Assembly (NCBI GenBank): GCA_002189035.1
Contig: NEEC01000010.1
Location: forward strand, 1,364,001 to 1,428,000
Direction of reading: 5' to 3'
Source of the DNA: Utricularia gibba
Taxonomy: Eukaryota > Plantae > Magnoliophyta
Length of the DNA stretch: 64,000 nucleotides
A program made the translations under genes and the position numbers. The notes under the pieces were generated by a model that was given only the letters and a program-made list of their open reading frames with translations, did not search any database and was not told the DNA's origin. This document shows positions 25,602 through 37,000 of the stretch, in pieces. Every line of letters starts with the position of its first letter. Within the stretch, counting starts at the first letter, position 1.

Positions 25602-28557
25602 TAGTGGTGTTGTACATGGATCGGGCATAAACCGGAAATGTATAGATATCGATGTGAATTTGAGGATATCCAATATGGTGGATTATCCAATTTTTCAAAA
25701 AATATGAATTGGATTGGTTTAAGGATTCTATGATCAAAAATCTGATTCGATCTGTATATATATATAAATTATAAATTCATTATTTTTTTTTTTTACACAA
25801 AACTAAATCCAAATGTCAAAGCCCGAATTCCAAAACCCTACATATTCTTCTCACACATTTCAATATCATGAACGGTTGTGCAGACTTCAATCATAGTATT
25901 TTCTTTATGTAGTCTTGACTCTTGATCAATATTCAACTAAAGCTCATGTCAATGACATGAGAAAATGAAGAGCAAGCAACTGAACAGCCACCATCTTCTT
26001 CAATGTCATCTTAAGCCCCTACTCAAAGTCAAAGTGATGGAATTGAAAATAAGCATTGTCTGGATGAAGTGAGTAAAGAAAAACCACAAGATATACAAAA
26101 ATCTTGGATTTGGGAGCATTTTAATATTATCGAAGGATTGACTCAAAATGAAAAAAGAGTAGCTTATGTATACTGTTACACAGTAATTCTTTGTCCTCTA
26201 GAATAGGTACTTCTTGTCTAATCAATCATTACAATAGGTGCAAAAGAAAAAAAATCATGGAAACACATTTGAAAAAAAGCAGAAAACTATTGAATTCAAA
26301 ATTACAGAAGGTAAGAGTTCTAAAGAGATGACCACACATTCCTTTGATCAAAACATTTGTAGGAAATCAATTGCTAGAATGATTATTGTGGATGAATTGC
26401 CCTTTAGAATAGTAATAAAATATGGGTTTATAGAGTTCTGTTATCAAATGAGACCATAATTTGCAATTCCTGCTCGTACTTTTATTGCTAAGGATTGCTA
26501 TAAATGCTTTTTGGAATTGAGAGAAAACTTGAAGGTATGTTTTCAGAAGTTATCTTCACATATTTACCTTACTACAGATACATGGACTTCTATTCAAAAT
26601 TTATGTTATATGTCTTTAACATTACATTATTAATTTTTGTCCAATCAATGGTCACACAGGTGAAAAAATAGCCATGTCTATAGAGAAATACTTGTTAGGA
26701 TGGAAAATTAGTAAGGTTTTTACAGTTACTATGGATAATGCTCGTGCTAATGATAGTGGTTTGATATATTTGCAAAAGAGGTTGAATAGTTAGAAGGGCA
26801 TTATTATAAATGGTGAGTATACGCACATGAGATGTGCTGTGCATATTTTGAACTTGATCGTGAAGGTTGGCTTGAAAAACTTTGAATGAATCTATTTGTA
26901 GAATTAGAAGTGCAATAAAATATGTCAGGTCATCACCTTCCCAAGCCTTAAAATTTAAGTCATGTATAGAGAAAAAGAGAATTCAATGTAAGAGTAGTGT
27001 TTGCTTAGATTTTAAAACTAGATGGAACTTGACATATTTGATATTAGAATCAACAGTAAAATTTGAGAAGGCTTTTGAATTGTTGGAAACAATTAATAAA
27101 AGCTAAATAGAAGAGCTGAATCCAAAGAATTCCAATGATGATAAATATCAAGACAAACATATTGATATTGGAAAAAAAATATATAAAATAAAAGATGTAC
27201 CTATATAGGTTGATTGGAAAAATACAAATAAATTATTATTATTTTTGAAAGTTTTTTATAAAACTACTCTAAAGCTTTCAAGATCATTTTATGTCATTGG
27301 AAATGATTATATGAAAGAAGTCTATGGGATTGGATTTTTTCTTTCCAAAATGTGTGGTAATCATGACAAGGATATTACTTCTATGACATCAAGAATGAAA
27401 AAAAACATGACAAATATTGGGGGGACATTGATCGTATCAATATCCTTATTTTTGTTGTTACTATTCTTGATCTAAGATACAAATTGATCTATGCAAACTT
27501 GATTATTGATAACACATATGATAAAGAGGCTACTACGATTTTGAAAGAAAAGGTGAATTATGTTTTTCACGCCATGTTTGATATTTATTCTATTCCTTTC
27601 TTTAATGCTTAACAAACAAAAAGTCAAGTTGAAGAAAGATTCATTATGGATATTGATAATATCTTTAGAGAAGGTATTTTATTTATTTATATAAACATAT
27701 TATTGTTTATTCTTTCTCTCAATGTGGTGATATTTGAAGTTTTGATATAGGTGATTACATGAATACAATGTTTAACGATCAGCTTGGAGAGTTTGACAGT
27801 ACTAGAAATAAATCTAAATTTGACATATATTTATTAGAGGTGATGGCTAATCAAAATGCTAAAGATTTCAACATATTAGAATGGTGAAAATCAAATGCCT
27901 CAAGATATCTCATACTTGCTACCATAGATATGTGATGGCTATACCGGTCTCTACGGTAGCTTTAGAATTTTCCTTTAGCATAGGAGGTCGTGTTCTTGAT
28001 CCTTTTCGAAGCTCTTTAGGTCCAAAGATGGTAGAAGTTCTTGACGTGCACAAGATTGGATGAAAAAAGATCACAAGATTATCAACAATGAAGAAATTTA
28101 GAAGAGATGGAAAGCTAGAAAAAAAAAACAAGTTAAATTTTTATACTTTTATGCAATGATTTTTTTTTTAATTTTTTCATTTGAAACTCATTTTGTTTTC
28201 TAAATTAAATTTGCATAAATTGGTAGTGAAGAACATCATGTTATCAACATTGATGTTATTATGTTTTTTGATGATATTTTGATTTTGTAATCATTTACTT
28301 TAAATGAGTGTTTTGTCATTGAAAATTAACATATTATAACATTTTACATTGTTTATCATAAGAAAAATGGTTAATATTCAGTAATAATTTTTCTTATAAT
28401 TTTTTAGATGCAAATCGGTTTGATACATGAATTCCAAACCGATCCAATCCGATATATGCAGTTTGAATTACTGATTGCAATTCTAATGATCCGTAATATG
28501 CAGATCGATTTGGAATTTAGGGCAATGGATCGGATATCCGATCCGTGCACAGCCATA
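25602..28557 (+). mobile_element. Decayed autonomous-type hAT (Ac/Tam3-like) DNA transposon, ~2.95 kb
   Basis: Imperfect terminal inverted repeats (TAGTGGTGTTGTACATGGATCGG versus reverse complement TATGGCTGTGCACGGATCGG). Subterminal GGAT/ATCCG repeats at both ends. Target duplication AATCCT (8 bp AATCCTTA/AATCCTCA with one mismatch). Transposase relics inside. Confidence 0.88.
25945..28110 (+). pseudogene. hAT transposase pseudogene (degenerate BED finger, catalytic region, hATC dimerisation domain)
   Basis: IWEHF (BED), IARMIIVDELPF, LTTDTWTS, TMDNARAND, HMRCAVHILNLIVK, LDFKTRWN and AIPVSTVALEFSFSIGGRVLDPFRSSLGPKMVEVL are all recognisable but broken by many stops and frameshifts. Boundaries are approximate. 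Confidence 0.88.
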
Positions 28558-30361
28558 ATCCTCAGGAAGTTCAAGTGAGGAAGATGAATCATGCAAATTC
28601 AACAAAATGTCCCTTTTGACTTCCATGGAGATGCCAACTGCATCACGGCCATTTTCAATCACAATATCCGCAAGGTGAGAGGGGCGGAAAAAATAAACAG
28701 AATAGCAAAAGTAACATGAAATCACGTTAAAAACAACTGCATCACATACCTGTTGAACCCAACACAAACATGTATCAAATGAATTCTGGTGCATGAGTAA
28801 TTGTGAAATGGCACCTATTACTTCACTAGCTATCTCATGCGACAGCTGATCCATAACTGGGAATGATCTGTCCATAAGCTTCACCAGCAATGCATCGTCT
28901 CCGATTGACAAAACCTGAGCAAAAGCAGAATCAAGCTCACCAGCATGTAGTGCATCCATTGAATTGCTCCAAGCATTCCAAACTGGGTTACGATCTTGAA
29001 TGGATCCATCATCCCCTAATGCTTCAGCTGTCATTTCAGGAATCCCCACTCGAGCAACTTGACCCACACCTCTGTCTTCACCAGCAACTCGGATGGCTTC
29101 CAAGGTTGCTTCATCTTTTGATGCTTGCCATACACTTGTTGCAGAAGGTCCCTCACCAAACCTGATTGGCCCTCCTCCCTTTTCACATGACCTTTTTCTG
29201 CAAGCATGATCAGCCTCATTCTCAGGGTCTCCAGGCCTGATATCTACAACAGCACCACTTCTCCTTGAGCCTGTAGTGCCGTTTCTCCCATATGCATGGA
29301 AATCCCAAGAGTTTGATGCATCAGGTCTCCAACAAGAACCCCTAGAGAACCTCTCACCAAAGTTGATGTGGTTATCATTGCGTCTTCCAAACTTGGAACT
29401 GGGAAAATCAGGAAAGCAATTATGCCTGCTGAGGTACCTACTCGAAGATCCATAAACAGCAGCTGAAGAATCGCTGTTAACTCTCTTACTAGATGAAACA
29501 GATGTAATTAGTAATAAAATCAATAGTGTTTTAAAAATTATTTTTGAAAAAATTGTATTGAATTAATAAATTAGAAAAAATTACGATACAAACACCTTAA
29601 GTTTTAGTTGTATTGTTGCATCTCATATTATTTAAATCATGTAATGAAGATTTAAATGATTTTCAAAATTTTTAAAAAATAAATTAGTTCACAAATGCTG
29701 TAAATCAACTCTAATTTCGCATCTAATAAAATTTTATATTAGAATTTTTCACATTCATATATGAAGTTTGATGAATCGAAATTCATTGTTAATGTTATAT
29801 TACATTCGTGTCTCATGATTTTTGGATCAATGAAGTTAAAACTATTATAAAAAGAAATGGAAATTATGAATACTATTTATAATGATATATTTTGATTATA
29901 ACGTTATGATCAAAATAAATTAGTTTTGATAATATAAAGTATTAAATATGTAATTTAATAAATTTTTAAAAAATGTTTACAAAAAAAATAAATTAAAATA
30001 TCTGTAATACAATTTTAATTGCAGCTTAAATGCTGCCAACAAACTCCAATACTTTTAATTTGTATTCATTAAAAGTAAAAATAAGTTACATTCTATATAT
30101 AAACTATTTTAATTTTTTAAAAAATTTTCTGAAATCAACGAATTCAGGGGCTATTGAATTTCTGAGTATACGTACTATGGATGGGCATGTTCACTGTGAA
30201 ACAGAAGCACCACAAACCAACGCAGAGGAGACCAATATCAACTATCAAGGGGCGGATTTCGTTCGTTCATTCAAAACATGGATGGGCATGTTCCCAGGCA
30301 CTGAAACGCATTGGATCACCTCCGGAGGTTTATAGGAGAAAAGACAAGCGATGTTCTTCTC

Positions 30362-33241
30362 TCAGCAGCTACCTGAAGGCAGGTGCTGTCCCCTTCCCAT
30401 TGCAAATCCTCTGGTTCCATCGGGCATTCTCGGCCCAGGTGGTGGTTTTGAAGGCTCAGGAGCAACACCTAGAGGAACAGTAAAACTGAGTAAGGGTCCA
30501 GGTGGAATTGTAGATGAGTAAGAACACAATCACCATGACTGTTTGCGTGATGATAGTTCAGTCTCCTCCCACGCCCTCGAGCTTTTTGCTCATTTTTGTC
30601 TTTCGGGTGCTGCATTATGTTTTTCTGCTTCGTCTCATTCTCGTCCTGAAATCATCAGAAGCATAAAGTGCATCACGTGGCAAATTCTGCAAACGTGGAT
30701 GGACACCGGCATTGCTAGTAACTTTTTCGGAATGAATAAATACCTCAACGCCATGTGGATCACCGTGCTGGATCGATGTATCGCAGTTCTCATCCTCCCC
30801 AGCTATGTCAGATTTCTGAGCTCTATTGCTAACTTTCCCCGGATCCAACTTCTTTGAAGTTTTTTTCTTATGATCGTTGGCTGGAATAGCACTCTGGAAA
30901 AACGCACATCAGTGCTCTGCCAGAGATGAAAGAATGCATAGAAAATGAGATAAGTATGAATACCGGTTTCTTAAGAAGCTTAACCCTTAACCCATATCGC
31001 CAATCTTGTTCATTGTTTAGCGTGGCAGCCTGTATCAAATTACAAATTATCATCAAAGGGATAAGAGAGATACTCAAAGTACAGTGTGGGATGGTATGCC
31101 AAAAGCAGGACATTTAAAGCTTACAGCTTTCTTTGCAGCCTCCACGTTTTCATATTCCACAAGGGCATGCAACTTCAAAGATGAAGAAAAGAAGAGTAAA
31201 GAAAATGGCTTTGATTCTGAAAGACAATGCAACCATAGGACACACACACACACACACACAAAAAAAAAAAGAAAAGAAAAAAACTACACATCCTCCCCAA
31301 GGGATCAACTCTATTCACCCTTAAAGCCGACAAGACGCTCAACTCTCAATGCTTCCTTACCCACAGTGATTACCATTCGATGAGTATTAAGTTATTATAC
31401 ATTAGCAATATTCTGCTACTTCAGTACAATTCATGAGGCATACACAAAGTGCAAAGTTCATGTTAAACACTTGGCGCAATCATGCTTAAAACCTGAACAT
31501 TTTCTCTCTTGATGATATGTATCAACGTTCATCTAAAAGCTCACATATGCTTGATATTCTTGAAAATCAAAGCTTAAAATCATGTTCCCCAGGTACCAGA
31601 ATATCATAACCTTATGATAACATTCTATCTTCCAGCTTGCGCATGTTATACAACAGAAATGCGTAACTTTCTTTCCTGTCATTCTTTTCAAGATAAATAA
31701 AAAGTCACTGAGACTAGATGAAAAATATAACCTTTGCGAAATCCCCACAATGTGAAGCTACCCTGCTACTCAGGGTTCCCCATTTCCACAACTAACAAAA
31801 ATTAGGAAAGTTGGATAAGTTGGGGTATACCTTCCCACTTAGAAGCTTCTCAGCAACTGTGAGCATTTGTGACTCTTTACCATCATGCGGGGTTCGCACG
31901 GTAATTTGTTTAATTCTGAAGCGTGCAAGTAAAATTTAGAAGGCAGTAAACTTGAATAACAACATAAAAAGCCACCTACTTTCCAGCTTCACTGAAAATT
32001 CTTTCAAGGTTCTCCAATGAATGATTTTCTGGTAGATTCTCCACCAATACAGTGCAGGCCTAAAAAGTGATGCAGGATTTTCAATTTTACTAGCACTACT
32101 TTCTTCATTGAAATACTGATGTTATGAAAATATACAGATTCAAACCTGAGCATCTTTAGCATCTGTTAATGACAGCGGATGAAGCCGTTTAACACCTTCC
32201 CCATCAGAGCTAACAACCTGCAGAAATTATCTTGGCGGCTTTAAGCATAAGCAAAGTAGAGTAAATAAGCAATGGCATCAATAGGTTTGCACTCTAAGAA
32301 ACTGACCACTTTGGGGGTCAAAGAAAAGAACACTGGGAAACTTAAAAAATACTAGCAATGGGACCATTTGAGCCACTTACAAGAAACATTGATTCCCTCA
32401 ATGCAGCAACGATTACAGACGGGTCTTTTGTGAGTTTCTTCATTTTTCTAAAAGATGCAATGATTCCAATGGGAACTGAAAATAGAGCAATAAATATAAA
32501 TTAACAAGGGTGAAAGATCTACCCAACTAAATACATCATCAGAGTCTCATATGCATCCAAATAAGGCTTGGTAAAAGTCAGATGGAAAGGAAAGGGCAGT
32601 ATAGTTTCGGAATGGGAATCACTCACCAAATCCATCACTGTTGGCCATTATATGCTTCAGTAGAAAACTGTCCTTCGGCAAATTTTCATCACTGAAGTAA
32701 TACTCCACCTGAAAAAACAACAGGAAAAAATGATTTACAAAATTATCAACTCAAAATAGAAAAAACACATTACATGAGAACCCCGCCGAAACGCTCCAAA
32801 CAATGAGTCATGAAGATCAAGATCAACCAAGAATAACTTAAACGCACAGTGACGACCAGAACGCTCCTACAACAGTTCTGTACCAGCCGATGTTGAGATA
32901 TTTTTTTCAAACGGTTATGCATGTAACATGTTTGCATACAACCCACGATGAAGGATTCAAGAAAAAAAAAACATGAACAGATAGAAAACAAGAATGAAGA
33001 GTTCGAAGCTGACACGCCAGTTAATTTTAAAATGCAAAAAAACACACATGCGCTTCAAGAAACCACAACGCGCGTTAATTTTCGGAGCCCTAGTCCCTAA
33101 ACTCGCAAGAAATCGAAAAGGCAAAAAAGAAAAAGAAAATAAAAAAACCTGTTTGATAATTTTTTGACGGAGATCCTCCAACGCTGTAGCCGGCGGCGAA
33201 GGAGCGCAAGGAATCCGGTCTCCAGATTCTTCGGATTCCAT
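30362..33241 (-). CDS. LARP6A: La-related protein 6 (LARP6a-like): La motif, RRM and C-terminal LSA motif
   Basis: EDLRQKIIKQ|VEYYFSDENLP (La motif), TVLVENLPENHS and LHALVEYENVEAAKKA (RRM), ATLNNEQDWRYGLRVKLL, and C-terminal PPPGPRMPDGTRGFAMGRG. Eleven exons join in frame; ATG at 33241, stop at 30362-30364. Confidence 0.9.
31241..31260. repeat. (CA)10 microsatellite in a LARP6 intron
   Basis: Direct read: cacacacacacacacacaca followed by an A-rich tract. Confidence 0.9.
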
Positions 33242-34034
33242 CTTGGAGGAGGAGAGCAAAGAAGATCAACTACAGCACTGCGAGAAGGTCAATCGACAAC
33301 ACCGCAGTGTTTCATCGTTCTCCAGTTCTCTCAGGAAGCCGCCTCTAATGCAGACGTTTATATAGGTCTCCCTTTTGGACCAGGCGGTCAAACACTAACG
33401 AAACCAGCTGCTCTGCCTGTGTTGGCACAGAGTTTTCAAAGGGACCCGCCAAACAAAGTAATTAAATAAAGTGTTTTTTTAGTGCATAAGATTGATTTGA
33501 AAAAATTATCGTCAGTTGACCATGATTTCTTAATGACTATATTACCCTTCATCGCATACTAAATTCCACCAGCTACTTGATGTTCATGTGATTCACTAAC
33601 CACAGACAGTTAACTCATATTCTTTCATTTTTTCTAGTGGATTATAAATATTTACAATAAATAAAAGAATTATTTAAATTTAATATTTTAAAATCTTAAA
33701 AAAAAATTACTATTTATAAAAATTATTGAATTGAATTTTAAAAATCATGGGTTCAAATTTCAAAATGAACATATAACAAGATAAAATGATCAGACCTTAT
33801 AATTTACAATGTTAGTGTCTCACAGTTACACCTTCAAGTTAGTGCTCGTTTTCAAGATCATGATTTCAAATCCTCAAAAGTTATCTTCTAAACTCATTAA
33901 CTATATCAATTCATGTGTTCGCGAATGACAACATATAATAAGCTAGAAAACGCATTGCACCAGACGTACCTTAGCGTAAGATCCGACAATCACCTGGTTG
34001 GGTTAGTACTTTGGACCTGCAGTGTGTCCTGCTC

Positions 34035-37000
34035 CTACTCTACTGTTTTACGGAGTGAAGATGGAAGAATGCTTTCAAAGAATTCATGCAAGTCACCATT
34101 TGAAGCATCAAACTCAAGCATCTTATGAAGAGCCTCCTGGAAATTCAGTGCTTTGATGTTGGATTTGATAGGTGAGTTAAAGAATGCAACATGAACTCGC
34201 ACCTGATACTGCAGATCTCGTGCGCCCATGCGCCCATCAACATGTCGCTCAATACTCTCATTCTTCCCACAGTTGACAAGTATGGATGCGGCTCTCTTTA
34301 TTACTTCCTCCGGAACACCTGCACGAAGGGCATCATGACATTTTACAAATAATTAAACACAATTGATTGGGTTTATGAAATAAAGCCGACATGACCAGTT
34401 CCAAAGGTCGAGCTAAGCTGGAACTGATAGAATTGAACCAGATGTTACCATGCTCGACTCATGGTTGCATTAGCACACGGAAATATGTAAGAGGAAACAC
34501 CTGCGAGAAGTGCACAATGCAATCCTGCAAGAGCAATTGTGGAAAGTTCTCTGAGAGATGGAATCTGTGAGCAGATCTGCTCTAGGAGAAAGTTCATTTA
34601 CTTACCGTAACTGAGGCGTGCACGCCCAGATACTAACCTGCCAACCGCAAGATGAGTTACTTCAGACATCAATAGAGTAAAATTTGTGCTTCATGCATAA
34701 ATTATGAATTCAAATTTATGGTGCGATCTGATGTCACATCTAAAGTACGTTGATCTTACGGAAATCATATTTACTTTTTAGAAAATATAAGGATTATCAA
34801 TGCCACAAACCATGACCAACAAATGAAACAAGGCAATAAGCGGCTAGCTGACTGGACAAGAACTAAACTACGAATGAATGACAAGGCGAGACTGCAGAAA
34901 TGAAGTGATATTTAGTAAAATACTACAGTATATGCCTTATTTCAAGATACGAAAACATTTGGTAATCTAGTAGTTCAACTTAAACTTTCTGAAAAGAAGA
35001 TTCAAATAAGAGAGAGATATTTTTAGTCTCTGATTGCAACTTGCAACAACGCATTTCTGAATTATGGAAGAAATGCAGTTACCTATATAAAAACACGATA
35101 TCATCAGCATCTGTGTGTTTGTCTTCTGGACTTAGCACGCTCATCGTGCAACACTTGATCTTGCTTGACTGTAGTATGCGTGAAGCACAATTAGAGAGGT
35201 GTAGTAGAATTTCACAGGGAAACACGAGACCAGGATTAAATCTTCGTACCTCCAGCAAAAAGCCTTTCTCAAATATCTCACTCAAGTGTGTAGACAGCAT
35301 AACCTGTAAAAGATCAAAAAAGTATCTTCAGGTTCAAGCTTATGATTCGTATAGTATTAGTTAAGTTCTAAAAACATCTTTTGAGGGAAGAAGCAGAGGA
35401 TAGGTATGTGCCGGTGGTGTCCTTCAAATGCAAAAATAATGCTTGGTTGAATTTTCCTTTTGAAGCATCAATCTTCAGTGGCGAAAAACATGAAAAGCAC
35501 CATCAATAGGTTTACCTTGGGAGGATTATCACACGAGGCAAAATAATTTATCACACCACCAAGAAGAGCAACTCCATCTGCCATATGCAATGTCAGGAAT
35601 TCGAGCATTGAAATAGAAATTAAGAAAGACAAAAATGGTAGTCTGGTTATGCACAACCTTCGGAGAGAGTCCCCTTTCCAAATTCATCCACTAAACACAA
35701 CGATTGAGAAGTTGCATGCCTGAAGTTGTATGCGACAATGTTGTGAAAATGTAAACTACATCTTTAGAAAAGTAGAAAATTCAACAAAAAAAAAAGCAAA
35801 TTCGATAGGAGAATGGACTTCCGAATCTTTTCCAGACTTAAGGAGCACCTCAACATCATAGCAACTTGCTGAAGGTCAATCATGAACGTTGATTGTTCAG
35901 CTGTCATGAATGTGCAACCCATGGCACAGAAAATCCTATTTTTGATTGGAGGAATGAATGCTATGCATTCTTATAAATATGAAATTTCAGATAAGATGCA
36001 CAAGGACAATGAACCAGATACGAAACCTATCCGTCAGGCCTACAATAGCTGATTCTGCAGGTACAAAGCTTCCAATGTGGGAGAGGTACACTATCAATGC
36101 AACCTGAAAGGTTAAGGCAGTTCAAGAAGCGAGTATGTAACTGAATGAAATGCTGTATACCAAATGCCACTGATTTTTCAAAATAAATCAGCAAAATTTT
36201 ACAGAAAAATATCCTGGGATACCAATAGACATTTGCCATAACTGGTGGACAAAAGGAATCTGTTAACAACCTGTTTCATATAGATACTTTTCCCAGAGTA
36301 ATTTGGCCCAGTAATGACGTTGATCCTTCCTACAAAGGGAATCCATGGAATTGGAATACGAAGAAAAATATTTTAACTGTAGCAGTAAAAACTTGAGTTC
36401 ACACAGTCAAAACTCACAGGCACCTTCGTCCAAAATTCTGGTATCATTAGGGATAAAGGTATCAACTGTCATTTCCTGCAAAACATGCCTGAGACCAACA
36501 AAAAAGTGCAGCTGATTTTGATGACAAAAAACATGACCGAAGAGTCTTAGGGTAGCATGTATCTCTAACCTTCCATTTTCTATAATAAGAGTACTTTCCA
36601 TGGTCAAAATGGGTCTGACGTAATTGTTTTGTTGTGCAACCAATGCTAATGACAATAAGCTAAATAATTTCACGTTGTCACAGAGCCAAATACAGTAGAG
36701 TGGAAAACTAGCTGAAAAGATCACTTCACATACCAATCAACTTCAGCAACGTAAGAAACCGCTTTCAGTAAAGGTACAGAGAAATCAAGGATGTGCATGA
36801 CAAGATCCCGGGTTATTGCCCGTTCCATGTCTGAAAATTGCACCCCAATGTGAAGAGCAAATAAATTGCTATGCGTAATTTTGAGTAAAGCTGTTTAACA
36901 GAATCACTGCATATCAGCAACTTACCCAAGATTTTGTGATATACATCACCAAGAAGGTTATCCAGCTCCCTTGTCTTAGCAGTGCGATAAAAGAATTTCT

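Larger units (their letters stand above)
25516..29505 (-). pseudogene. TOR1: 5'-truncated TORTIFOLIA1/SPIRAL2-like microtubule-associated protein remnant, interrupted by a hAT element
   Basis: 29505-28751 encodes FGEGPSATSVWQASKDEATLEAIRVAGED..DDALLVKLMDRS..CLCWVQQ. 28674-28558 encodes LADIVIENG..LLNLHDSSSSLELPED. The C-terminus DWEVPDPHQLLVQLAFAWGI..* lies at 25601-25516 on the other side of the transposon. There is no N-terminal TOG/HEAT part, and the intron acceptor is AC. Confidence 0.85.

Noticed and set aside
25945-28110. Domesticated hAT gene (DAYSLEEPER/RICESLEEPER-like)
   Set aside because: Numerous stops and frameshifts, a broken BED finger, and retained TIRs and TSD indicate a decayed transposon.
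28483-29523. 346-aa ORF as a novel functional protein
   Set aside because: It is the TOR1 remnant reading through a 75-nt intron and into transposon terminal sequence; it lacks a proper start.
36104-36270. Third U12 intron in MSH5 (intron 24), because of a perfect CCTTAAC near the acceptor
   Set aside because: The donor is GTTGTT, not RTATCC, and the putative branch A is only 8 nt from the 3' end; at most a relic of U12-to-U2 conversion.
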